From Candidatus Aenigmatarchaeota archaeon (GTDB lineage: Archaea; Aenigmatarchaeota; Aenigmatarchaeia; Aenigmatarchaeales; Aenigmatarchaeaceae), in the NCBI GenBank assembly GCA_016933455.1, contig JAFGAZ010000009.1:1-45990 (forward strand): DNA of 45,990 nucleotides, read 5' to 3'. Both the position numbers and the translations under genes were made by a program. Under the pieces are notes generated by a model that did no database searches, was not told the origin of the DNA, and worked only from the letters and a program-made list of their open reading frames with translations. Below are positions 8,094 to 17,916 of the stretch, one piece after another. Position 1 is the first letter of the stretch. Every line of letters starts with the position of its first letter.

Positions 8094-9173
8094 TCAAACG
8101 AACTCTATGCCAAGTATCTTTCCTATCTGCTGCTGCTTTTCTGGTGAAAAGAATTCGCCTGTTCCGTAGAGCTGGTTTGGCTTTACCCCTGTTACTATGA
8201 TAAGGGTTCTTACCATGTCGCCAAGGTCCTTTTCTATCTGGGCTCCCCAGATTATCTTGGCATCGTTTGATATCTTTGCGGATATTGCCTCTACTATTTC
8301 CTGGCACTCTTTGATTGTAACGTCAGATCCTCCAGAGACATTGACCAACGCTCCGCATGCTCCCTCTATGTCAACATCAAGCAGCGGGTTGTTTAGGGCC
8401 TTTTCTACTGCCTCAACAGCCCTGTTTTCCGTGTTGGATTCCCCAAGACCTATCATTGCAAGGCCCCCTGTTGACATCACGGCCTTTATGTCCGCAAAAT
8501 CAAGGTTAACAAGGCCAGGCTTTGTCACAAGCTCTGTTACGCCCTTTACAGCGTTAACCAAAATCTCGTCGCATATCTTGAATGCAGTTACAATAGAAAC
8601 ATCAGGAACAACTTCCAACAATTTGTCATTTGGTATTACAATAAGAGTGTCAACATTCTTTTCCAATTCGTCAAGGCCGTATCTTGCGTTTTCCATCCTA
8701 CATTTGCCTTCCATTGTGAATGGAAGCGTAATAACGCCCACTGTTAATATTCCCAGCTTTTTGGCAATCTCGGCAATCACAGGCGAAGCGCCTGTTCCTG
8801 TTCCTCCACCAAGACCGCATGTTATGAAAACCATGTCAGCTCCCTGCAAGGCGTCTTTGATCATTTCCCTGCTTTCCCTTGCGGATTCCCCGCCTACCTT
8901 TGGGTCAGCTCCTGCCCCAAGGCCCCTTGTCAAATCCTTTCCCAGAAGAATCTTTTCATCAGCGTCAGTGTATAGAAGATCCTGGGCATCTGTGTTGGCT
9001 GCTATAACCTCTGCACCGACAATTCCTACCTGCATCATCCTAGAAAGCGTGTTGTTGCCAGCTCCGCCCACACCAACTACCTTGATGACGGCTTTTCTGG
9101 TTTCAAGCAGCTTTCTTAAATCCTCGTCAGTTTCAGAAATTTTTTCCCTTCCGTTTATGTTTCTCACAGCCAT
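8094..9173 (-). CDS. ftsZ: Cell division protein FtsZ (FtsZ1-type locus)
   Basis: IKVVGVGGAGNN, GLGGGTGTG tubulin signature, NLDFAD. Confidence 0.98.
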   Translation of the reverse strand: MAVRNINGREKISETDEDLRKLLETRKAVIKVVGVGGAGNNTLSRMMQVGIVGAEVIAANTDAQDLLYTDADEKILLGKDLTRGLGAGADPKVGGESARESREMIKDALQGADMVFITCGLGGGTGTGASPVIAEIAKKLGILTVGVITLPFTMEGKCRMENARYGLDELEKNVDTLIVIPNDKLLEVVPDVSIVTAFKICDEILVNAVKGVTELVTKPGLVNLDFADIKAVMSTGGLAMIGLGESNTENRAVEAVEKALNNPLLDVDIEGACGALVNVSGGSDVTIKECQEIVEAISAKISNDAKIIWGAQIEKDLGDMVRTLIIVTGVKPNQLYGTGEFFSPEKQQQIGKILGIEFV

Positions 9174-9274
9174 TAAAAACCCTTACAATATGATTGACAT
9201 GTTAAATTTTTATAATTAATTGTGATTGTTATAAACTTAGATATAATTAAATAGCTTTGGAAGAAAAGAGAATT

Positions 9275-9628
9275 ATGACTGATGTTTTAATTCTTGGTGT
9301 ACAACGAGTACAAAACGAAGGCGTCTTAAAATGCCCATTTGTACCATTTGATTCTAACATAGCTATATCCTGTATGGTCGAGACAAAAAAAGGTATAGGT
9401 TTGGCCAATTCGATCGATGTGCAATATCAATTTTTGCTAAAAGGAAACCCCGGAGGCAAATGCCCCTACCAAAATAATATAGAAAAGCTTGGAGACGTTT
9501 CTGGCAAAGAGATAGAGCAAAAAATATGCAAACCCATTTGCGAGCATTATGCAAGCGCCTATGAAAGAGGAGCCTTTCCATTAGACACGGAAAAAAATAA
9601 AGAAAATGTTTATTTTATGAAAGTTTAG
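9275..9628 (+). CDS. Hypothetical Cys-containing protein
   Basis: Fills the gap between ftsZ and slyD; CPF...C...CPY...CKPICEH. Confidence 0.6.
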   Translation: MTDVLILGVQRVQNEGVLKCPFVPFDSNIAISCMVETKKGIGLANSIDVQYQFLLKGNPGGKCPYQNNIEKLGDVSGKEIEQKICKPICEHYASAYERGAFPLDTEKNKENVYFMKV

Positions 9629-9635
9629 AAAAATT

Positions 9636-10256
9636 CTATTGTGCCTGAGTAGGCTTGTCATACGTCTCAATGTATCTAACCTTGTCAAATTCAAGAAGCG
9701 TTGTTGCGTCGTTTGCTATTCTTCTCTTGACTATCGGGCTTACCATGGGAGGCACGTCAATGTCTAGCTGCTTTTCGTTTATTGTTATCTTCATCTTTGC
9801 AGTATCGATTTTTGTGTACATGTTAAACAAGGCAATTATCTTTTCCTCGACCTTGTCTATCTTTTCATTGATTTCCAAGTCATACACAATTGTCTTGCCT
9901 GCCAGCGGGTGGTTAAAGTCAACCTTGACCCTTCCGCCTGAAACAGAAAGCACCTTGCCCCTCATCCTGTCGGCCTCGACAAACATGCCTGGCGTTGGCT
10001 TTGTGCCGTGCTTTCTGAATTCTGCAATAGAAATCAGCTTGATTAGATTAAAGTCCCTTTGTCCAAAAGCGTTCTCGGGAGCAACCTCGATTGTCTTCTT
10101 GTCACCGACATTCATTGCTTTCAAAGGCTCTTCTAGTCCCTTTAGCAGATACCCTTCCCTTACCACCATGGGCACCTTTTCAGCCTTGTCTATTTGCTGC
10201 CCGGTCTCCTTGACCTTTGCAGAATAGCTCACAACTGCGAAATCTTTGTCTTGCAT
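9636..10256 (-). CDS. slyD: FKBP-type peptidyl-prolyl isomerase (long archaeal SlyD type)
   Basis: GLEEPL..MNVGDKK, PENAFG.RD, GGRVKVDFNHPLAGKTI. Confidence 0.93.
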   Translation of the reverse strand: MQDKDFAVVSYSAKVKETGQQIDKAEKVPMVVREGYLLKGLEEPLKAMNVGDKKTIEVAPENAFGQRDFNLIKLISIAEFRKHGTKPTPGMFVEADRMRGKVLSVSGGRVKVDFNHPLAGKTIVYDLEINEKIDKVEEKIIALFNMYTKIDTAKMKITINEKQLDIDVPPMVSPIVKRRIANDATTLLEFDKVRYIETYDKPTQAQ

Positions 10257-10307
10257 GTCATTAATTGTCAGAAGTTCTTTATATATTTATAACCTCAATT
10301 ATAAATC

Positions 10308-11060
10308 ATGGAAATAAATGAGTTCTGTTCCATGCTTCAAGAGAGCAAGCAATTCGATGATTTGGAGATAAGAATTGTCAGGTCAATGCTAAAGCTTACC
10401 AACCGCGACCTTGTCAAGGCTTCTGCCAATGTAATAGCATCAGAGGCCGGCATGTCTGTTACCAATGCTTACAAGTATCTTTACTCTCTAGAAAGAAAGG
10501 GGCTTGTCGAGTCGGGCCAGGACAAGAACAAAGTTTTCTGGCTTTCAAGGTCGATAAACCCTTTTCCCAGGATAATGAGCTATGTTTCCAAGGATTATCT
10601 TAGGTTAAAGGACCTTTTTGTCAAGCTCGAAAAGTTATATGACGAGTACATTGACTTTAGGGGCAAGAGCATCTGGCAGGAAGAGAAGGCATACGAGCAA
10701 TACGAGGGCGACTTTGTAAGAAGAGCTGCCTTTATTTTCGATGTTGCCAAGAGCGAGATTCTAATTACAACCAAAAAATTCTTTGATGACATTGTGCTGC
10801 TTGAGGCAATCAAGCGTGCCATTGAAAGGGGAGTTAAGATCAGAGTCATTGCCTCTGAAATGTTCCCGCCAATGATAGAAAAGCTAAGGAAAATAAACAT
10901 TGACATGAGGCTTGGACGGGCAATGCCGTACATAATAATTGCGGACGAAAAGCACGGCATGACAATGGACGAGAATGAAAAGGGAATCTGGTTCCTAAAC
11001 TGCCAGACTGATTACAAGGACAAGTTCGAGCAGTTTTGGGAAAAGGCTCAGGCAATTTGA
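10308..11060 (+). CDS. TrmB-family transcriptional regulator
   Basis: N-terminal HTH (YKYLYSLERKGLV); C-terminal PLD-like effector domain (AKSEILI, AIERGVKIRVI). Confidence 0.8.
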   Translation: MEINEFCSMLQESKQFDDLEIRIVRSMLKLTNRDLVKASANVIASEAGMSVTNAYKYLYSLERKGLVESGQDKNKVFWLSRSINPFPRIMSYVSKDYLRLKDLFVKLEKLYDEYIDFRGKSIWQEEKAYEQYEGDFVRRAAFIFDVAKSEILITTKKFFDDIVLLEAIKRAIERGVKIRVIASEMFPPMIEKLRKINIDMRLGRAMPYIIIADEKHGMTMDENEKGIWFLNCQTDYKDKFEQFWEKAQAI

Positions 11061-11071
11061 AGGTTTCTAAC

Positions 11072-11356
11072 ATGAGAGAAAAATTTACTGCTGAAGAGGC
11101 AAAGCTTATTGGAGAGCAACTAGGAGTTGACTGGACAAAGTTCGATGTCGAGCAGTTTCGAATGGGAATGGATGTTGAGCTTGAGCATGGAAAAGTGGAT
11201 CCTAATACAAATGTTTCTGACGACGACCCTCTGACAACAGGAAAAATAACTCTTGCACATCTAAACGAGTTCCCTGACTATTATACGAGGCTCTATAAGA
11301 TGGAGCATGAGGCAGAAGCTTTCTGGGAAAACAAAGATAAAACGGAATCAGAATGA
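11072..11356 (+). CDS. DUF5661-like protein
   Basis: FDVEQFRMGMDVELEHG...TGKITLAHLNEFPDYYTRL..ME. Confidence 0.8.
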   Translation: MREKFTAEEAKLIGEQLGVDWTKFDVEQFRMGMDVELEHGKVDPNTNVSDDDPLTTGKITLAHLNEFPDYYTRLYKMEHEAEAFWENKDKTESE

Positions 11357-12012
11357 GAATAACAAAATATCCGCAGTCATGCATTCTAATTGAAATTGAA
11401 AACAAGAAAATTCTGGTAGATCCCGGAAGATACTGTTACGGGGAAAATTTTAAACCTGAAGACTGGAAAGACATAGATGTATTATTGTTGACGCATGGAC
11501 ATACTGACCATTGCTCGCCGGATGCTGTTAAAACAATATACGAGAACAACAAGCCAAAAATTATAGGAAGCAAATGGGTAGGAGAAATTCTTTCAGAAAT
11601 AGATGTTCCTCATGTTATTATATTTCCTGGTCAAGAAGAAGTATTTGAAAAATTTTCGATAGAGGCTGTCAAAGCTTTGCATGGAGAAAGTCCTGTAATG
11701 TCTAGTAGCCCTAAAGAGACTGTTGGTTTTTTGATAAAATCAGAAAAGATTTTGTATCACTGTTCGGACACGCTTTACATGAAAGACAAACCAAATGCTG
11801 ATATAGTTTTTGTTCCAATATCCAACAGTACGATAACGATGGGACCAAAAGAAGCTGCAATTTTTGTAAATGAGATTAATCCTGAGATTGCCATTCCTTT
11901 CCATTACAACAGCCCGAAGTTCCCAATGGACCCGAAGAATTTTGTTGACGAGATGAAGGGTTCTGGTATTGAAGTCAAAGTTCTTGAAAATAAAGAAACA
12001 ATATTATTCTAG
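11353..12012 (+). CDS. Metallo-beta-lactamase-fold hydrolase
   Basis: LVDPG, THGHTDH, YHCSDT, PFHY. Confidence 0.9.
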   Translation: MRITKYPQSCILIEIENKKILVDPGRYCYGENFKPEDWKDIDVLLLTHGHTDHCSPDAVKTIYENNKPKIIGSKWVGEILSEIDVPHVIIFPGQEEVFEKFSIEAVKALHGESPVMSSSPKETVGFLIKSEKILYHCSDTLYMKDKPNADIVFVPISNSTITMGPKEAAIFVNEINPEIAIPFHYNSPKFPMDPKNFVDEMKGSGIEVKVLENKETILF

Positions 12013-12018
12013 AAAGAA

Positions 12019-12633
12019 TCAAATAATTTTATTTTCTGTTATAAAATTTTTTACAGTCTCAAATATTTTTTTATGTCCATCTTTGTTTGGATGCAAACCG
12101 TCTTCTAATAATTTTTTATAATCTGATGTGAGCCATTCTTCCAATATTCTTACAAAAGGAACATTATTCTCTTCACAAAGAGATTTCAATATTCCATTGT
12201 ATTCCTTGATGTTAGAGTTTTTGTAAGTTGCCATACCTTCCCAAGGTTGAGTCATATCCTCATCTACAGGAGTCAAACCAAGAAAAATAAATCTTTTTGA
12301 GAGATTTTTTGATATACCTATAATTTCTTTTATATTTTCTCTGAAATTTTCTTTTTTGACCCAGAAATCGTTTTTCTCTACAGTTATCGCGGAATCATTA
12401 AGACCTATTTGAAAAATAATTATTACATCATGTTTCTTTTTTCTCTGTAAAACCTCAAATTCTAGTCTTTCTACCAAGTCTTCTGTTGTATTCCCAGAAA
12501 CACCTAAATTATAGAAAGGATGAATTAGTTCTTCGTCTAAATAAAGATTCTTTAATTTTTCTACCCATCCACCGTTTTTATCATAGTAGCCCCAAGTAAT
12601 ACTGTCCCCAAACACAAGAATTCTCAAACCCAT
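12019..12633 (-). CDS. SGNH/GDSL hydrolase
   Basis: FGDSITWG, NLGVSGNT, IGLND, DGLHPN. Confidence 0.92.
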   Translation of the reverse strand: MGLRILVFGDSITWGYYDKNGGWVEKLKNLYLDEELIHPFYNLGVSGNTTEDLVERLEFEVLQRKKKHDVIIIFQIGLNDSAITVEKNDFWVKKENFRENIKEIIGISKNLSKRFIFLGLTPVDEDMTQPWEGMATYKNSNIKEYNGILKSLCEENNVPFVRILEEWLTSDYKKLLEDGLHPNKDGHKKIFETVKNFITENKII

Positions 12634-12662
12634 GATAATAATAAAATATTTTGATTAATAAA

Positions 12663-13097
12663 CTAAACCCAAATACATCTTCTTGCGTTCTGTGCTTTTT
12701 CTTGTGCTTCCAAAATATTTTCTGAATGTTTCTTGTTAAGACCAACTTCCTCGAATCTTGCCATACCCAATCTTACCATCTCTTTGTTGACAAGCATATC
12801 TTCTACATACACATATCTCAAAAGCCTGCCGTAATCATCAGTATCCTGCCTATCCTTTTCGAGCATTACTTTTTTGTACAGTACCAGCTCTTGCAATAAT
12901 TCCTTTGATTCTTTGTAGCATTCCTCGTTTTTTTCCGGGGCGTTTATGCCAATAAGCCTTATGGAAGCGTATCCTATCTTTATTGTGTCGCCGTCTATGA
13001 CATCTGTTACTCTTTGTTCTTTATACTGCTCCATATAATTGGTGACAACAAACGCTATTGCAAGAATTATGAAAAATATTTTGATGGATTTCTTCAC
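12663..13097 (-). CDS. Membrane-anchored thermonuclease (SNase family)
   Basis: N-terminal TM; VIDGDTI, IRLIGINAPE, DDYGRLLRYVY. Confidence 0.93.
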   Translation of the reverse strand: MKKSIKIFFIILAIAFVVTNYMEQYKEQRVTDVIDGDTIKIGYASIRLIGINAPEKNEECYKESKELLQELVLYKKVMLEKDRQDTDDYGRLLRYVYVEDMLVNKEMVRLGMARFEEVGLNKKHSENILEAQEKAQNARRCIWV

Positions 13098-13179
13098 AGC
13101 AATAATTTTTGTTTATATTGCTTAGAGAAAATTCACCACCCAGGGAAGTAATTAATAATCCTCTAGATTATAGATAATT

Positions 13180-13572
13180 ATGAAATACGAGATGGCTGAA
13201 GACATCCAGGTTGTTATGAGGGATGTCATTGAAAGGCTTGGAATGTGCCATGTGAAAACCGACAGGGTTGTTTGCATACGAAGCTATGGCTCCAAGAGCA
13301 AAAGGATACTTGCCAGAATCCAGGGGCTTTCAAAGATAATGCAAAAGGCAATGCAGACAAAGGCGTTCTATGCCATTGAGTTTATTTCCGAGAACTTTGA
13401 CAAGCTTGACGACGATGAAAAAACGAAAACAGTCATACACGAGCTAATGCACATACCCAAGTGCTTTGGTGGGGGCTTTAGAAACCACAGACCGTATGTC
13501 ACAAAAAGAAAGGTTGAAAAAGTTTTTAGCGATTACAAAAAACTAGTCCATCAAAATTCCAGGTTTTCCTGA
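13180..13572 (+). CDS. Putative zinc metallopeptidase
   Basis: VIHELMHIP (HExxH), FGGGFRNH. Confidence 0.8.
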   Translation: MKYEMAEDIQVVMRDVIERLGMCHVKTDRVVCIRSYGSKSKRILARIQGLSKIMQKAMQTKAFYAIEFISENFDKLDDDEKTKTVIHELMHIPKCFGGGFRNHRPYVTKRKVEKVFSDYKKLVHQNSRFS

Positions 13573-16374
13573 TTCTGCCACAATGGCTTTGGGGTTTTTG
13601 GATTTTTCGGCATCAACTATTTCTACTGCGCATCCAAATTCCTTTTCCATGAAAGCCTTTGATGCACTCAGAACCTTTAGCTCGCTTTCCGAAGTCATAA
13701 ATATTTCTTCTGTAGGCCTTCTTTTAATTAGTTTTTTGTAGTAATTTGCTATCTGTTTTTCCTTGCCTGGGTGATTCTTTATTATTTCCTTTAGTGGTGT
13801 TTTCGTTAAAACAGCGTCGTATATCTCGTGCTTCCATTTGGGCGCGACAAATATTGTTACCTTTTGAGGATTTTCTATTTTTGCTAGCCTCTTTACCTCT
13901 TCTATGTCCTTGACAACCTCGTCAACATAAGTTTCCGCTGCCTCAACTTCTGGCCTTATTTTCGACTCGTCGTATTCGGGCCATTTTTCTGTGCTGACAA
14001 AACCATCTTCGCCTGAAAGTTGCCACAGTTCTTCTGCAATGTGCGGAACAACAGGGCTTATCAGTTTTATCCAGTCGGTTATAATGTAGCAGTAAAGCGC
14101 CTTCAGTTCTTCATCACTTAGTGTTTGTTTGGCCTTCTTTACCATGTTCACCATTTCATAGAATACAAGACCGTCATAATCCTTGAGCCTCATATCTTTC
14201 AATCTAAAAGTGGCATCTCTTTTTATCCTGTTGAACTTGGAAAGATACAGGTTGCTCACTTTGCCTTGTCTTCTGTTTTTCATCCCCTCTTCTATCATGG
14301 AATATAATTTTTCGATATTCTTCTTTGCATTCTCGGCATCAGAATCCTTCCAGTCAAATGTTCCTGAAACTTTGGCTGCCTGAGTTAGATAGAATCTGAA
14401 AACATCTGCTCCATACTTTTCCTTGACATGCAAAAGCGTTACGACATTTCCCTTGCTTTTTGACATCTTTTCCCCGCCGCTTACCACAAGTCCGCCGAAG
14501 CTGACGAACTTGGGCCAGTATTTTTCTGGCAAAAGACCCGCGTGCGCGAAAATCATGAACGAAAGATGGTTTGACAAGTGTAGCACAAACGTGTGCCTTT
14601 GGTCCACAGGCATCCAGTACTCAAAGCTCTTTCTCATCTCTTCAAGGACATTCTTTTCTATGTTTGTGCTTTCCGATACCTTTGATGTATTTCCTTTACC
14701 CAGATAAACATAGTCAAAAAAGTCATGATTCAGACTTTCTGCCTTTATTTTGTGTTTTCTTATCAGATGGTTTATAGTGTAGAGTGTCATGTATATTGTG
14801 GAATCTGAAAGCGACTCTATCATCCAATCCTTGTCAAAAGGCAGTTGTGTTCCAAGACCTCTTTTCCTTGCGCATGGCCTTTTGTCAAGCCAGTCGAAAA
14901 CGTCCATGAACTGCTTTCTTGTTGTTTCAGGTTCGAGTTTCATGCTTTCAAGGCATTTGTATGCCTTGTCTTTCCATCCCTTTGCGTTAAAGTCCAAGAA
15001 CCACTGGTTCTCCATTACAGCAACAATTATCTCCCCTCCACCTCTTGAAACAGCTTTTCTTGAGGTCTCGTATAGTATCTCGGCATCGCCTTTCTCTATC
15101 ATGTCTTTTTTCATTTCCTCTTTTGCGTCTGTTACTTTTTTTCCTGCATAGGGCCCGCATACATCAAGAAGAATTCCTGTATGAAAGCCCTCCTTGTAGA
15201 CTTCCTGTGTTAGCTTTTCCAATCTGTCGTCGTCCTGATTTTTTATTTTCTCCTTTTCAACGACTTTGACTGCGGCTTGGGTTCCGTACTTGGCCGTCTT
15301 TATTATAGGTATTATCTCAATTGACCTGACATTTTCTATGTCAAGCTTGTATTTTTCCATTTCCTTTTTGTTTTCCTGAAGTTCCTTTAGCGCTATGTAG
15401 TCGTATGGCGCGTCAGAAGGCACGCATGTGACTATTCCCGTACCCCTTTCCGGGTCAACAAATCTTCCTGGCAGAATTATTATTTTCCTGTTTATTGCAG
15501 GAGCTGTGGCATACTCTCCAAGTAATTTTTCCTTTGTTTTGCCCAAGTCTTCCACGTCCTTTCTCTGGTGCTTTAGCTTGAATATGGCCTCCTTGCTTAG
15601 AATCCATGTTTCGTTTCCAACCTTTGCCTCGTGGTACTTTGTTTCCGGATTTACCCAAAGGTTTGTCTGGCCGAAAACAGTTTCAGGCCTTAGTGTTGCT
15701 GCTACAAGAAACTTGTCGTTGAACTTGAATTTTAGAATCGTGAATTCCTGCTTCTCGACAGGGTTTGAATCGGCGTCCTGGATGTCGTCTTCTCCCATGG
15801 CGCTCTCGTCTTTTGGCGAATACAAAACAGGATAAGCCCCCCTTATCAGGTAGCCCAAATCCTTATAGTTCTGGAACTGCCACGTGACCATTTTCTGATG
15901 CTCCATATCGCCTGATGTAAAGCTCCTTCTCCAGTCTACCCCAAGACCCAGTTTTTTGTACTCGTCCACCATCTTTGGTATGAAATAGTCTACTATCTTT
16001 TGCGGATCCTCAAAGGACTTTACAATGTCCTTCACTTTTTGTTCATTTTTCTCGTATGCCGAGACATAACCCTCATATAGCTTTATTTTCTTCTTGTTGC
16101 CGTTCTTTATCGCAGCCGAGATGCCCAAAACAGGGGTTCCTGTTATGTGAAATGATAAAGGAAACATCACGTTAAAGCCCTGCATTCTCTTGAATCTGCA
16201 GACAACGTCGCTTTCCACAGCAGCCCTGCCGTGTCCCAGATGAAGGCTTCCCGAGATGTAGGGATAAGGCGTTGTAAAGAAAAGCTTCTCTTTTTTTGTA
16301 TCAACGTCTACCTCGAATATTCTTTCCTCTTCCCACTTCTTTTCCCACTTTTTCTCGATTGCATTTATATCCAT
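13543..16374 (-). CDS. leuS: Leucine--tRNA ligase (archaeal type)
   Basis: PYPYISGSLHLGH, AATLRPET, GTGIVTCVPSDAPYDY (CP1), IESLSDSTIY, KMSKSKGN; SD AGGTGA. Confidence 0.96.
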   Translation of the reverse strand: MDINAIEKKWEKKWEEERIFEVDVDTKKEKLFFTTPYPYISGSLHLGHGRAAVESDVVCRFKRMQGFNVMFPLSFHITGTPVLGISAAIKNGNKKKIKLYEGYVSAYEKNEQKVKDIVKSFEDPQKIVDYFIPKMVDEYKKLGLGVDWRRSFTSGDMEHQKMVTWQFQNYKDLGYLIRGAYPVLYSPKDESAMGEDDIQDADSNPVEKQEFTILKFKFNDKFLVAATLRPETVFGQTNLWVNPETKYHEAKVGNETWILSKEAIFKLKHQRKDVEDLGKTKEKLLGEYATAPAINRKIIILPGRFVDPERGTGIVTCVPSDAPYDYIALKELQENKKEMEKYKLDIENVRSIEIIPIIKTAKYGTQAAVKVVEKEKIKNQDDDRLEKLTQEVYKEGFHTGILLDVCGPYAGKKVTDAKEEMKKDMIEKGDAEILYETSRKAVSRGGGEIIVAVMENQWFLDFNAKGWKDKAYKCLESMKLEPETTRKQFMDVFDWLDKRPCARKRGLGTQLPFDKDWMIESLSDSTIYMTLYTINHLIRKHKIKAESLNHDFFDYVYLGKGNTSKVSESTNIEKNVLEEMRKSFEYWMPVDQRHTFVLHLSNHLSFMIFAHAGLLPEKYWPKFVSFGGLVVSGGEKMSKSKGNVVTLLHVKEKYGADVFRFYLTQAAKVSGTFDWKDSDAENAKKNIEKLYSMIEEGMKNRRQGKVSNLYLSKFNRIKRDATFRLKDMRLKDYDGLVFYEMVNMVKKAKQTLSDEELKALYCYIITDWIKLISPVVPHIAEELWQLSGEDGFVSTEKWPEYDESKIRPEVEAAETYVDEVVKDIEEVKRLAKIENPQKVTIFVAPKWKHEIYDAVLTKTPLKEIIKNHPGKEKQIANYYKKLIKRRPTEEIFMTSESELKVLSASKAFMEKEFGCAVEIVDAEKSKNPKAIVAESGKPGILMD

Positions 16375-16438
16375 TCATATCACCTTTTGAGGTCTGTTAA
16401 TCATATATTTAAATTGTATAAATAAATTAAATGAATAT

Positions 16439-16547
16439 GCTTCCGTAGCTCAGTTTGGATAGAGCACTTGACTTCTAAACTTGTTTAGAAGATCTGATTC
16501 AAGATGAAGAAATCAAGGGGTCGCGGGTTCAAATCCCGTCGGAAGCG
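16439..16547 (+). tRNA. tRNA-Arg(UCU) with ~34-nt intron at 37/38 (16478-16511)
   Basis: Acceptor GCTTCCG/CGGAAGC; D-arm GCTC/GAGC; anticodon stem CTTGA/TCAAG with CT-TCT-A; T-arm GCGGG-TTCAAAT-CCCGT; central BHB helix CTTC/GAAG; no encoded CCA. Confidence 0.92.
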
Positions 16548-16550
16548 CTT

Positions 16551-16736
16551 CTATATTATTCCGCCGGCTATTGCAATAAGTCCTGTCAAAATCAGGTATA
16601 CTGCAATCAGGTATGATATGATGTTCGGCTTCCAGAGTATCAAAAGACCAAAGATTATGCTCATTATGCCGAATGATGCTGATATCTGCCTTGCGCCCTC
16701 GTTTAGAAGAAACATTCCGAGTATGTCGCCTATCAT
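16551..16736 (-). CDS. Small membrane protein (DUF3096-like)
   Basis: IIFGLLILWKPNIISYLIAVYLILTGL. Confidence 0.65.
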   Translation of the reverse strand: MIGDILGMFLLNEGARQISASFGIMSIIFGLLILWKPNIISYLIAVYLILTGLIAIAGGII

Positions 16737-16815
16737 AATATAATAATGCCTTTCTAGATATTTATTCTAAATTTTTCTGTGAAAAAGATAAAAAGATTTC
16801 AAACGTATTATTAAC

Positions 16816-17091
16816 ATGTCTTACGTATTCGAATTTTTTGGTAATAAAGAAACAGCCGAGGTTTTTGAATATCTTTCAGAGCTTAAAAAGCCTAGAACTA
16901 TTGGACAGATTAGTGTTAGTTTGGATATTTCTCAAAACAAAGTTGAACAATCGATAAAAACATTAGAAGAAAAAAATCTGATAAAACAACGTGGAAGTTT
17001 CGGTCCTATGCATAACACAGTCCTTTATGGAGTAACAAGTAAGAGTCTGGAAGCTTACAATGCTTTGGAAAGTCTAAGAAAGGTTCTTTAG
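16816..17091 (+). CDS. Small winged-HTH protein
   Basis: TIGQISVSLDISQNKVEQSIKTLEEKNLI. Confidence 0.7.
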   Translation: MSYVFEFFGNKETAEVFEYLSELKKPRTIGQISVSLDISQNKVEQSIKTLEEKNLIKQRGSFGPMHNTVLYGVTSKSLEAYNALESLRKVL

Positions 17092-17151
17092 ACGTTTTTT
17101 CTGTCTTGCGTCAATTTTTATATTTGCGATAAACAAAATAATCTCTATAAT

Positions 17152-17916
17152 ATGTCTAAAATAATCTCGGTAATATCCGGAAAAGGCGGGGTCGGCAAGA
17201 CCACGCTTGTCTCGAATCTTGGCTCTGCCCTAACAAAGCATGGGAAAAGCGTAGTTGTCATAGACGGCAATGTGACAACCCCTAACCTGAGCCTGCATTT
17301 GGGAATACCTTTCTATCCTGTTACTTTGCATGACGCCCTAAGAAACAACATGCCAATAGAGTCTGCAGTTTACAACCATCATTCTGGCATGAGAGTAATA
17401 CCAGCTTCTCTTTCTATCGACTCGATGGAAGGAATCGATTTGGACAGGATGGACGAGGCAATATCTGGTCTTATCGGCAGCGCGGATATTGTTATCATAG
17501 ATTCCGCGGCAGGCCTTGGCAAAGAGGCAATGGCCGCAATGAATGCGGCAGATGACCTTTTGATTGTGACAAATCCTGACCTGCCTTCTGTCACAGACGC
17601 TCTCAAGACCATAAAGATAGCTCAAAACAGCCGCAAGAACGTGATGGGCGTTGTGGTAAACAGGGTGCGGGGCCTAAAGCACGAGATGTCGATAGAAGAA
17701 ATAAAGATGATGCTCGAGGTTCCAATAGTCTCTCTTGTGCCAGAAGACCTTTCTGTTCCCAAGTCAATTGCAAGAAAAGTTCCGGTTGTGCACCACAAAC
17801 CCAAGAGCAAGTCTTCTGTCGAGTTCCAGAAGCTGGCACTTAAGATAATGGGCGAGCCGTGGAGAAAGATAGAAAAGCGCGCATGGTGGGAAAGGCTGTT
17901 TTTTTGGACTGACTAG
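17152..17916 (+). CDS. minD: MinD-family ATPase
   Basis: Deviant Walker A SGKGGVGKTT, IIDSAAGLG, C-terminal amphipathic WWERLFF. Confidence 0.93.
   Translation: MSKIISVISGKGGVGKTTLVSNLGSALTKHGKSVVVIDGNVTTPNLSLHLGIPFYPVTLHDALRNNMPIESAVYNHHSGMRVIPASLSIDSMEGIDLDRMDEAISGLIGSADIVIIDSAAGLGKEAMAAMNAADDLLIVTNPDLPSVTDALKTIKIAQNSRKNVMGVVVNRVRGLKHEMSIEEIKMMLEVPIVSLVPEDLSVPKSIARKVPVVHHKPKSKSSVEFQKLALKIMGEPWRKIEKRAWWERLFFWTD

Noticed and set aside
8197-9219. 340-aa plus-strand ORF
   Set aside because: Codon-register antisense shadow of ftsZ.
16504-16743. 79-aa ORF MKKSRGRG...
   Set aside because: Starts within the tRNA-Arg gene and is antisense to a membrane-protein ORF.
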